Assembly: GCA_964385945.1 (NCBI GenBank)
Contig: CAYLQJ010000001.1
Location: 8,034 to 72,033 of the forward strand
Source of the DNA: an uncultured Candidatus Saccharibacteria bacterium
Lineage (GTDB): Bacteria; Patescibacteriota; Minisyncoccia; Phycocordibacterales; UBA9973
Length of the DNA stretch: 64,000 nt
Reading direction: 5' to 3'
Of this stretch, positions 29,177 through 38,295 are shown one piece after another. The position numbers and the translations under genes were made by a program. Within the stretch, counting starts at the first letter, position 1. Each line of letters starts with the position of its first letter. The notes beneath the pieces were generated by a model. That model had not been told where the DNA came from, did no database searches, and worked only from the letters and a program-made list of their open reading frames with translations.

Positions 29177-30688
29177 ATGAAAAATAATATACAACAAAGT
29201 ATTGGAATATTTATTAAAAATTTACGCGAACAAAAAGGCTTAACTCAAGGGGATTTTGCAAAAGCTTTAAGCACTTCACAAAGTGCCGTAGCCCGTATGG
29301 AAAAAGGAGAACAGAATTTCACAACAGAACTTTTAAATAAAATCGGTGACGTTTTAAATCATAATATTTTATCAATAAATAATTCTATAGATTTTCAAAT
29401 AACAGGTGGCAAAAAATTGCATGGTGAAATAACAACAGGATTTTCTAAAAATGGCTCAGTAGGGTTACTCTGCGCTTCCCTTTTAAATAAAGGTACCACA
29501 ACTCTCCATGGCATCGCTCGTATTGAAGAAGTTTATAGAGTTATAGAAATCCTAGAGAGCATAGGAGTTAAAATAACTTGGATTGCTCAAAATTCTATAA
29601 AAATCGTCCCTCCAGAAAAAATTAATTTACAAAAATTAAACATAGAATCTGCAATAAAAACTCGTTCCATAATAATGCTTATAGGACCGTTGATACATAT
29701 TTTACCTTCATTCTCTATACCACATGCTCAAGGTTGCAGTTTGGGTAAAAGAACAATTTCAGCTCATACTTATGCCCTAGAAGAAATAGGGATTAAAATT
29801 AAAACCACAAACAATAGCTATGACGTCTCTGCTAAGAAATTAAAAGCTAATGCTTTAGTTATGTATGAGGCTGGAGATACGGCTTGTGAGAATATTTTAA
29901 TGGCTTCATCAAAAATCCCAGGTATAACTACAATCAAAAATATGAGTGGTAATTATATGGTGCAAGAAATGTGCTTTTTCCTCGAGAAACTAGGAGTAAA
30001 AATAGAAGGTATAGGAACTTCATCAATAACAATTTATGGAATAAAAGAAATAAATTGTAATATAGAATATTCAAATAGCGAAGACCCTATAGAGTCTATG
30101 ATGCTTTTTTCAGCTGCAATTACAACTAATTCAACTTTAAAAATAAAAAGATGTCCTGTAGATTTTCTAACACTTGAATTATATAGATTAAAAACTATGG
30201 GTCTTAAATATAAAAAATCAAACGAATATCTTTCCTATAATAATAAAACTAAATTAATAGATATTGAAATCTACCCTTCGAATTTAATCGCAAACAAAGA
30301 CAAGATTCACGCCAATCCATACCCAGGAATAAATATAGACAACTTGCCTTTCTTTGTGCCAATAGCCGTAGTTTCCAAAGGTACTACTATGATTCATGAT
30401 TGGTTTTATGAAAATAGAGCTATTTATGCGACAGAATTAAATCGCTTAGGTGCTAATGTAACCCTAGCTGATCCTCACCGTTTATACATCACAGGTGGCT
30501 CAAAATTAAAGTCAGCCCAAATAGTCTGCCCTCCGGCCCTACGTCCTTCTATGGTCATTCTGATAGCAATGATGGCCTCTGAGGGGACTTCAATATTACG
30601 TAACGTGTATATGATTAACCGAGGTTACGAAGATATAGCAGAGAGATTAAACTCAATAGGAGCGGATATAAAAATCATAAAGAATTAA
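29177..30688 (+). CDS. murA: UDP-N-acetylglucosamine 1-carboxyvinyltransferase (MurA) with N-terminal XRE-type HTH domain
   Basis: Residues 1-70 are an HTH (LTQGDFAKALSTSQSAVARMEKGEQNFT). The rest aligns to E. coli MurA from its N-terminus (ITGGKKLHGEITTGFSKNG ~ VQGPTKLQGEVTISGAKNA; GCSLGKR ~ GCTIGAR; YENRAIYATELNRLGA ~ FENRFMHVPELSRMGA). Confidence 0.75.
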   Translation: MKNNIQQSIGIFIKNLREQKGLTQGDFAKALSTSQSAVARMEKGEQNFTTELLNKIGDVLNHNILSINNSIDFQITGGKKLHGEITTGFSKNGSVGLLCASLLNKGTTTLHGIARIEEVYRVIEILESIGVKITWIAQNSIKIVPPEKINLQKLNIESAIKTRSIIMLIGPLIHILPSFSIPHAQGCSLGKRTISAHTYALEEIGIKIKTTNNSYDVSAKKLKANALVMYEAGDTACENILMASSKIPGITTIKNMSGNYMVQEMCFFLEKLGVKIEGIGTSSITIYGIKEINCNIEYSNSEDPIESMMLFSAAITTNSTLKIKRCPVDFLTLELYRLKTMGLKYKKSNEYLSYNNKTKLIDIEIYPSNLIANKDKIHANPYPGINIDNLPFFVPIAVVSKGTTMIHDWFYENRAIYATELNRLGANVTLADPHRLYITGGSKLKSAQIVCPPALRPSMVILIAMMASEGTSILRNVYMINRGYEDIAERLNSIGADIKIIKN

Positions 30689-30699
30689 ATTCTAAAATA

Positions 30700-31566
30700 A
30701 TGAAAGAAAAAGTTATTGTAATATTAGGACCTACTGCTATTGGGAAAAGTTCTTTAGCTGTTAAAATAGCCAAACTTTATAATGGTGAGGTTATTTCAGC
30801 TGACTCACGACAAGTTTATAAATATCTAGATATTGGTACAGGTAAAATCACCCAAAAAGAGATGGACAATATTCCCCACCACGGCCTAGATTTAGTAAGT
30901 CCTAAGAAAACTTATAGCGTAGTCCTATATCAAAAATATGCTTTAAAGAAAATCAAAGATATACTCAAACGAGGCAAGACTCCTATCATTTGTGGAGGGA
31001 CGGGATTCTATATTGATGCTGTTACTCAAAACTTCATCTTACCTACCGTACCAGCGAATCCAATATTAAGAAAAGAATTGAATAAAAATACTCCTGAAGA
31101 GAATTATAAAATTTTATTATCTCTAGATCCCGAACGTGCTCTGAATATTGATAATAAAAACAATGTAAGACTTATCAGAGCTATAGAAATTACTAAAGTT
31201 TTGGGCAAAGTTCCTAACTTGGCGGTAGAACCACTAACTGAATGTAAATACGAATTTATTAAAATAGGACTAACTCTACCTCAAGAAGATTTATATAAGA
31301 ATATAGAAACTAGAGTAAAAATAATGTTTAAAGACGGCTTACTTAATGAAATAGAAAAATTAGCACAAATGAAAATAAGTACAGATAAACTTCGTGAATT
31401 TGGTTTTGAATATTATAATCCTACTTTAGAATCAGTTATCTCTGGATCACGAAAATACGCCAAGCGTCAGATGACTTGGTTTAAGAGAGATAAAGATATC
31501 AATTGGTTCTCTCCAAAAGATTTTCTAAAAATTATAAAGTGTATTAATCAAAAACTAAAGTCTTAA
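30700..31566 (+). CDS. miaA: tRNA dimethylallyltransferase
   Basis: P-loop GPTAIGKSSLAV, ISADSRQVYKYLDIGTGK. Confidence 0.85.
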   Translation: MKEKVIVILGPTAIGKSSLAVKIAKLYNGEVISADSRQVYKYLDIGTGKITQKEMDNIPHHGLDLVSPKKTYSVVLYQKYALKKIKDILKRGKTPIICGGTGFYIDAVTQNFILPTVPANPILRKELNKNTPEENYKILLSLDPERALNIDNKNNVRLIRAIEITKVLGKVPNLAVEPLTECKYEFIKIGLTLPQEDLYKNIETRVKIMFKDGLLNEIEKLAQMKISTDKLREFGFEYYNPTLESVISGSRKYAKRQMTWFKRDKDINWFSPKDFLKIIKCINQKLKS

Positions 31567-31573
31567 TATATTT

Positions 31574-32173
31574 TTATTTATTATTAGCTTTTTTGTTTTT
31601 TATTAATTCTACAAATATAGGAACTATAGACAATAAAACCACGATGATTACTACGAAATGCATATAGTTTTTAATTCCAGGGAAAACATGACCAAAGAAA
31701 TATCCCACCAAGGTAACAACAGTAGACCACAACAGAGAACCAAAGAAGCTATATTTCAAAAATAATAAATAATTCATTCGAGCTATACCCGCCCCAATAG
31801 GAGTAAAAGTACGCACGATAGGCACAAAACGAGAAAAGACAACAGCAATCTTACCGTATTTTTCAAAGAAAACTCGGGCTTGCTCGATATTTTTTTCTTT
31901 CAAAATCATTCTAAAAAAAGAAAATTTACGAAGATTAGGTAAATATACACCTATTTCATAACCCACTACCGCTCCAAAAAATGTACTAATGAAAATCAAA
32001 GCAATAACTAAATAAATATTTAAAAATCCCGCTGCTGCAAAAAGTCCAACAGTGAATAGCAATGAATCTCCCGGCAAAGCAAAAAATATCCCTGACTCGA
32101 GGAATACTACCGTAAAAATACCTACGTATCCATAAGTTTCTAATAAATAATTGATATTAAATAATTCAAGCAT
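31574..32173 (-). CDS. DedA/TVP38-family membrane protein
   Basis: VFLESGIFFALPGDSLL DedA signature. Confidence 0.75.
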   Translation of the reverse strand: MLELFNINYLLETYGYVGIFTVVFLESGIFFALPGDSLLFTVGLFAAAGFLNIYLVIALIFISTFFGAVVGYEIGVYLPNLRKFSFFRMILKEKNIEQARVFFEKYGKIAVVFSRFVPIVRTFTPIGAGIARMNYLLFLKYSFFGSLLWSTVVTLVGYFFGHVFPGIKNYMHFVVIIVVLLSIVPIFVELIKNKKANNK

Positions 32174-32178
32174 AGAGT

Positions 32179-32847
32179 TTAGGTTTTAAAAGGATTAAAG
32201 TTAGTGTTTTCATCATAATAATCCTCACCTTCTTTCTTTTTCAAAAATGCAATAACTCTATAAGTCAAAGGAGTAAATAATACTTCTACTAGAGTTTTAA
32301 AAATATAATTAGAAATTATTAAAGTTAAAAGTAATGACGACGGCAGTATCCCAACAAAAGCTATTAAAATAAATAAAGTACTATCTACTAATTCTCCAAC
32401 AACAGTCGAACCGATAGTCCTCACCCAGAGCTTTTTACCTTTTGACCAGATTTTCATTTTCGCCAGGATAAAAGCATTTGAAAAAGAGCCTAGAGTGTAT
32501 GCAACTAAACTCGCGAGTACGATACGCGGAGTTAATCCTAGGATTTTATCGTAAGCTTCTTGATTGCCCCAGTCAGGTGCGGCCGGTAGAGCACCAACGA
32601 TTATAAATACGAGAGACATGAGTAGAGCCATAAAGAATCCAAGCCAGATAACCTGTTTGGATTTCTTGTATCCATAAACTTCAGTCAAAATATCTCCAAA
32701 AATATAAGACAAGGGGAAAAGTAGAGTTCCAGCATCAAAAGTAAATTTTCCAAAATCCACGATCTTTGTCGAAGCGACGTTAGATATCAAAAGCACAGAC
32801 ACAAAAAACACAGAAATAGTACCTAAATATTTATAATTTTTATCCAT
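32179..32847 (-). CDS. queuosine-precursor transporter YhhQ family
   Basis: VASTKIVDFG...DAGTLLFPLSYIFGDILTEVYGY matches COG1738/YhhQ from memory. Confidence 0.65.
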   Translation of the reverse strand: MDKNYKYLGTISVFFVSVLLISNVASTKIVDFGKFTFDAGTLLFPLSYIFGDILTEVYGYKKSKQVIWLGFFMALLMSLVFIIVGALPAAPDWGNQEAYDKILGLTPRIVLASLVAYTLGSFSNAFILAKMKIWSKGKKLWVRTIGSTVVGELVDSTLFILIAFVGILPSSLLLTLIISNYIFKTLVEVLFTPLTYRVIAFLKKKEGEDYYDENTNFNPFKT

Positions 32848-32918
32848 ATAGAGATAGTTTACTATAAATATAAGATATTTAATATTTGACAGAATCTATT
32901 TTTTATTTCACAATTTAA

Positions 32919-34310
32919 TTACTCCCCCATCAAAGTTCTACTCCTAGAACCAAAGAATCCAGTACCAGGAAGCTTATTTGCTTTCTGAAATCTAATCAGA
33001 GCAGAACGAGTAGCTGGACCGAATTTAGTAGTTTCTTTACCTTTTGAGCCTGGACCTGATTTTGCTATTGTATAACCGTTATTATTTAAATATTGTTGTA
33101 GTAATTTAACTTCAGAATGAATGTTCCCTAGTTTTAGATCTTTAGTGAATGTTAGTTTTGTAGGAGTTTCAAATTTAGTACAAGGTGTGCCTGTAGTAGG
33201 ATGATATGATTGACCTACTTTACATAGAGTTTCAGCTTGAATAGTTTTAGTACGTAGACTATCTGAGAGTTGTTGTAAGAAAGCTACGGATACTGCACCA
33301 CCTGCTGTACTTGATACTGAGACTGTAGGTGTAGGAGTACCAAAGAGACTGAATACAGAGAAGTTAGTTGTGGTACAAGTTACAGTGTTTAGAGTTGTGT
33401 TTACAATACAACCAGTCAATAGTGTCCATGTAGCTCCATCCCATCGATAGATAACTAGTGTTGATTCGTTTATACCAACGACATCACTGTCTTGGTATGT
33501 CATAGTGATTGTAATCGGTTGCAAGAAAGTAGTAACACTAGTATCTACACCAGTTAAGGCTTTAAGGTCGAATGCGTAGTCACCTGCTTTAGTGACTCCA
33601 CTTGGTGTACCTGAAGTTAGGAATACAGCTGTTTGGTCTAGAGATTTGATTTGGTAAGTTGCATCAGCTCCTGTTGCTCCTGTTGGTATTGTTAAGAGTA
33701 TTCCAGTAAGACCTGAAGTAAGGGTGGAGGTACCTCCAGTTGCAGTGACTATACTTGAAGCTGTCTCGTCTTCTACCGTAGCAGATCCAGTACAGCCGGT
33801 GGTGGTGAATGTATTGTCTATGCCTACTCCTAAATTTAAAGCTGCATCTTGAGACATAACTCTATAATGATAAGTAGTACAAGCCACAAGACTTGGTAAT
33901 GTTACAGTATGATTTGTAACTCTTGGAGAAGTATCTATTTCTGTGGTAGTTGTTCCATAACTATTTGTTAAGCCATAATTTACCATACTTGAAGAAAGTT
34001 CATTAGTGGTGAAGGTGATGGTGCTGGTGGTGGATGTGGGAGTAGAAAGAATACTTGAAAAAGTTGGGGCTACAGAATCAGGAATGGTAGCAGAGCCTGA
34101 TACAGGATTACCAGTACCACTACTGTTTACTGCACTTACTCTAAAGTTATAGACAGTCTCACTAGAAAGTCCTGTTACAGTAGCTGTGGTTCCAGCTGAA
34201 ACACCGTCTGTAAAAGTTGTCCAAGTACTTGATGCACTTGTTTTATATTCAACTAAATAATCAGTAATAGATGCACCACCATTAGATACAGGTGCTGTCC
34301 AAGAAACGCA
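32919..34310 (-). pseudogene. secreted FN3-repeat / C-terminal peptidoglycan-binding (PG_binding_1) surface protein, 5'-truncated
   Basis: The frame stays open upstream of the annotated Met. It encodes FN3 signatures (TAPVSNGGASITDYLVEYKT...VTGLSSETVYNFRVSAVNSSGTG) and a C-terminal LQQYLNNNGY...GPATRSALIRFQKANKL PG-binding domain. The N-terminus is lost at the junction with the recombinase remnant at ~34300. Confidence 0.5.
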
Positions 34311-34798
34311 TACTTGAATTGTATGCGAATGGAAATATTGAGAGAGCAGATTACTCTAAGAAAAATCAAGAATATGATGCGGAGATAGAGAAGCTTGGAA
34401 ATGAGAAGATTGAACTGGTAAAGCAAATTCCCCTACTGCACAAACCTTCGGTAATCGAATTAAGCATCGCCCAGTACTGCGATGAGGTTAGATCGAGAGC
34501 ACATCAGTGTAAAGATTTTGAAACATACAGACAATTTTTCCTAGACTTCGTAGACCACATTGTGTACTACAAAAATCTAGTTGAACTGCATGGATATGTG
34601 AAAATACAATCAACTAATGAAGATGATCCTGAAACCAGAATCGAATACAAGATCATAACTGAAATCGAATGGGCTGAGAGATTTTCTAACTACAGAAAAA
34701 AGATGAATGGCACCCGCATTAGCTTAATGGACTTCAATAGTATGGTTGGACAGAGCAAGAGGATAATGAAGGATAAAAAGTTATTTTCTAATGAGTAG
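34292..34798 (+). pseudogene. 3' fragment (last ~165 aa) of a large serine recombinase
   Basis: RILELYANGNIERADYSKKNQEYDAEIEKLGNEKIELVKQ...CDEVRSRAHQCKDFETYRQFFLDFVDHIVYY parallels the C-termini of the intact recombinases at 44162-47424. No catalytic domain; in-frame stop at 34283. Confidence 0.7.
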
Positions 34799-35300
34799 AT
34801 ATGTCATTAAAATAAATTTGTTGATCTTTTGGAACATCTGATATGGTTTTATATGCCTTAGTTTCACCAGAAACTGTATCAACAACTAAGTATGTTGGAA
34901 TGTCAGAAACTACCTCATATGAGCTCTCCATCAGTTGTCCATTCTGAAATAATTCCTGATAGTAGGTGTTTTTAATTCCGTCTGACGAACTATTTTTTAT
35001 ATTTTTTTTGTTAATAACGAAGATTTTATTATCAGAATATATATACTGATTTCGGTTATAAACCCTAGCAATTTCATAGTTGTGAATATGATCTTTTATT
35101 GACAGATAGTCCATATCCCAACCATCATTGATCGCGATTACTCCCTGACAATCTACAAAATTTCCCCAATAAGGATAATAACCTTGGCATTTTTCTGCAA
35201 TCTCTTTTTTTGGCACTACAAAGATAAAGTAATACAACAAGGGGATGCTTATTACTAATACAACAACTAAACTAATTATTATTTTTGTCTTTTTAATCAT
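34788..35300 (-). CDS. putative immunity protein of orphan RHS toxin module
   Basis: 170 aa with N-terminal TM helix, 1 nt downstream of the orphan RHS C-terminal domain, which is the canonical immunity position. Confidence 0.4.
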   Translation of the reverse strand: MIKKTKIIISLVVVLVISIPLLYYFIFVVPKKEIAEKCQGYYPYWGNFVDCQGVIAINDGWDMDYLSIKDHIHNYEIARVYNRNQYIYSDNKIFVINKKNIKNSSSDGIKNTYYQELFQNGQLMESSYEVVSDIPTYLVVDTVSGETKAYKTISDVPKDQQIYFNDISTH

Positions 35301-35301
35301 T

Positions 35302-36123
35302 TTATTTCTTTACTTTATCACTAATTTTAATATTTACTCCATAATTACTCAATATTCCGTTTCCTTGATCTTTATATGCCTGAGTTGCTGGTAATCTTGT
35401 AACAGTCCCTTTATATGTCTGTGAATTTGTAGGATTAAAATCATATCTATCTGTTACCGTACTGTTTACTACCCATGCCCCATCTTGCTGTGTTACCTGT
35501 GATTCAATATTTGCTCCGTGAAGTGAATAATACAAATCACTTCTACCCTCAAATTCAAAATCTCCACTATTTGTCATTTGTCCATTTTGGGCACGCTGAA
35601 TAGTTTTGTCTATATAAGATTTATATTGACTAGTTTCCATTATCTTTTCAATTGGATTGCCGTATTGTTTTTGATTGTTTGAATCTATTGTTAAATTATT
35701 TGGTTCGAGAGAAGCAGAGTGTCTCAATAAAGATGCCGAGAATGGTTTATTAAATAGATTACCTGCTAAAGAAAATACATTCCAGCCAATAACGTTTCTA
35801 ATACTTTCTATTGGATTATTTATCAGCGCATCAAAAGAAAGATTGCCGTCTGGATCAGAATACCTAAGTGGATTATTCCTTCCATATGCGTAACTATTTA
35901 ATTGTTGTGGATCTGTTAATAACTCTTCTAAGCTGATTCCGACTTTTTGTCTAATTTTATAGTTATCACCCATTGCTACAAATATGGGATCCTGACTTAT
36001 GAACTGCCCACGGGACCCCTCGTAGTAACGAGCATTCAGGTAGCTTAATCCTGTATCGACATCATATTCTTGTCCAATATAAATGCGATGACCGACACCC
36101 TCAACGCTTTTTCCAGATCTCAC
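35302..36123 (-). CDS. orphan RHS C-terminal module (end of RHS core + variable toxin domain)
   Basis: YIGQEYDVDTGLSYLNARYYEGSRGQFISQDPIF...NSYAYGRNNPLRYSDPDGN is near-identical in pattern to the core end of the 2661-aa RHS protein, followed by a different 178-aa C-terminal domain. Confidence 0.7.
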   Translation of the reverse strand: MRSGKSVEGVGHRIYIGQEYDVDTGLSYLNARYYEGSRGQFISQDPIFVAMGDNYKIRQKVGISLEELLTDPQQLNSYAYGRNNPLRYSDPDGNLSFDALINNPIESIRNVIGWNVFSLAGNLFNKPFSASLLRHSASLEPNNLTIDSNNQKQYGNPIEKIMETSQYKSYIDKTIQRAQNGQMTNSGDFEFEGRSDLYYSLHGANIESQVTQQDGAWVVNSTVTDRYDFNPTNSQTYKGTVTRLPATQAYKDQGNGILSNYGVNIKISDKVKK

Positions 36124-36256
36124 TATATATTAAAAGTCTAGTTTCCTAGTTTGCCAGGTTTGCTCCAAACAATCTATTAGCACTATTTCAGACTTTTTAT
36201 CTCAAAGATCGACATCTCTTAGACCTAACTTATTATAGCAATTTTATAATAAAAAA

Positions 36257-36306
36257 GTGACAAAAGTGACACATCTAGCACTTTAAAGTTACAGTCACGT
36301 GTCACT
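36257..36306. promoter_or_regulatory. cluster of GTGAC(A) direct and inverted repeats upstream of orphan RHS-CT gene
   Basis: GTGACAAAAGTGACAC ... GTCACGTGTCAC, plus TCTAGA/CTAGA repeats nearby; operator-like. Confidence 0.3.
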
Positions 36307-36335
36307 TAAATAGTGAGTCTAGATACTTCAATGTA

Positions 36336-37253
36336 TTACTCAAAACCCACCTTCGGATCTTTGATTATTTTAATAAACTCAAGTCTCTCTTTAAGAGTTT
36401 TTGAGTCTATTTGTGCTTGGTATTCTTCAACTTCACCAACTATTGACGAAGAAAATCCTGTCCTTTTTCTAAGTAAAAAGTGTAGATAATCACCGTCTTG
36501 AGCTGGATCAAGTGGCAGTGATTCTATTGCTTTCATCATTTTAACCCGATCAAGTTCAGGGTTATTTAATAAGAAGATAAGGACTTCCATCATTGTAATT
36601 TCTTCACGCTCAAAAGTAATTTCTTCATCACCCCATACAACTTTTGCAGCCTTAGAAGAACTGTCTGAGAGTTCATAAGTATACAAGTTCTTTGCGGTGG
36701 CTGCTTTATCTATCACGGAATAGAGATCTTTAGCAATTTTTTTTACTGTTTTACCCATAAACTTTTTAACCTGTAAAGAATTTTCGGTACCGATTATGTC
36801 ATTTCTCACATCTATTCCTAAGTGTTTATGAAGAAATGTAAGAAATAACTTTTTATCCTTAGATAAATTATCTATCTGGGGTAAATTAAAACGCCCGTAG
36901 CGATGATCTTCGTAAAATCTAGAAAGAAGCGTGAGTAATCCTGTATGAACAGAACCTAAATCTAGAACAACACTTTTCTTTAGTCTGCTATAGAGAGTAA
37001 TATGATCATGGGTAATTAGAGTTTTTTCAAATTCATCGACATTAGTGTCATCATTAAACTCTACTAGAACAATAGCGACCTTAAACATCCTCTCTAACCC
37101 TATTGAAAGATTATAAAGAACTGGAAATATTTCAGTTTCTAGATTCAGAGTTTCCATCTCGTGAAGATTTCTTAATCCATCATAGATAAAGTTACAAGCA
37201 ATCTCTTGTTCTTCTCCCATCTTAAAGTTTTGCCAAAATTCTCTTGGATTCAT
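36336..37253 (-). CDS. HEPN-motif protein tightly linked to Gabija (possible accessory defence gene)
   Basis: 305 aa; exact Rx4HxY motif RFYEDHRY at ~aa 110; 13-nt gap to gajB stop, same strand. Confidence 0.4.
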   Translation of the reverse strand: MNPREFWQNFKMGEEQEIACNFIYDGLRNLHEMETLNLETEIFPVLYNLSIGLERMFKVAIVLVEFNDDTNVDEFEKTLITHDHITLYSRLKKSVVLDLGSVHTGLLTLLSRFYEDHRYGRFNLPQIDNLSKDKKLFLTFLHKHLGIDVRNDIIGTENSLQVKKFMGKTVKKIAKDLYSVIDKAATAKNLYTYELSDSSSKAAKVVWGDEEITFEREEITMMEVLIFLLNNPELDRVKMMKAIESLPLDPAQDGDYLHFLLRKRTGFSSSIVGEVEEYQAQIDSKTLKERLEFIKIIKDPKVGFE

Positions 37254-37266
37254 ATTCTATAAAAAA

Positions 37267-38295
37267 TTAATTTACTACAAACGCAACACTATGTCTTGCG
37301 CGAGTAATTGCAACATACAACTTACTAATATCTCCGGCTTTAGTATGATCTTTTGTATTCACAAACTGAACCATATTCTTTGTCGGGAAAACCAGAACCC
37401 TATCGTATGTTCTGCCTTTTGACAGCCCTATATTTAGCGCCGTGTGCACTCCAGTTTTTGTTCTTTTATCATACCTAAGCAGAAATGGTTGGTGCTGTTT
37501 AATATATTCATCTAATTCACTTCTTTTAACCAAAAAAATGCCGTCGTGACCAGTTGTCACAGTGTTTTTTGAAGTAGTCTTTGGTAACGCAGGGTAAAGT
37601 AAATCTGCAAGATCACAGATAATCTGATTACACCTGTGGCAGTCAGTCTTTTCTTCGATAATGATATTTCCTTTTTGCTCTTGTTCCTGTAACCAATCGT
37701 AGATTTTTGAGCCTTTATATTTTGAGTTCTTAGATGAATTATTGGTTGCAAAAGTAGATTGTCTAGGGTCACCAACAGCAACTACCTCAATTGCCGAATT
37801 AAAAAGCTCTTCAAAAAAGTTAAGATCGTAACCTGCAAAGTCCTGCAATTCATCAATAAAAATATGGCTGTATATTTTTTCTAACCTTTTAATCACTAAA
37901 CCTCCGCTTTTTAAATTACACTCATATACAAATTCAGATAATTTCGTGCTGTAGATGTAGTTATTTTTTGTAAAATAATCATCTTTCCTGTGAAATCTAC
38001 TGAGAGTGCTTTGAAATAATATTGATTCAACACGAGGAGATGATGACATACAATTTTGATACGGTCTGACACCATCTCTGAGTAAAAAAGTAAACCAAGG
38101 CACTACATATATGTTTTGTGGAATAAATCCATTTTGCTCAATAATGGATTGTTTAATTTGATCAATATTTTCGTTCGTGTATGTTGTAATCAGAACGTTA
38201 GAATCTTTTACTTTTAAAGCTTCACTAACAATAAGAGTAGTTTTTCCAGATCCTGCGCACGCAACCACAGCTTTATTTGATGGCATCTTCGACAT
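37267..38295 (-). CDS. gajB: Gabija GajB-like UvrD/PcrA-type helicase (short form)
   Basis: Walker A VVACAGSGKTTLIV, motif II FIDELQDFAGYD, motif III VAVGDPRQSTF, motif VI LYVAITRARHSVAFVV. The start overlaps the gajA end. Confidence 0.7.
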   Translation of the reverse strand: MSKMPSNKAVVACAGSGKTTLIVSEALKVKDSNVLITTYTNENIDQIKQSIIEQNGFIPQNIYVVPWFTFLLRDGVRPYQNCMSSSPRVESILFQSTLSRFHRKDDYFTKNNYIYSTKLSEFVYECNLKSGGLVIKRLEKIYSHIFIDELQDFAGYDLNFFEELFNSAIEVVAVGDPRQSTFATNNSSKNSKYKGSKIYDWLQEQEQKGNIIIEEKTDCHRCNQIICDLADLLYPALPKTTSKNTVTTGHDGIFLVKRSELDEYIKQHQPFLLRYDKRTKTGVHTALNIGLSKGRTYDRVLVFPTKNMVQFVNTKDHTKAGDISKLYVAITRARHSVAFVVN

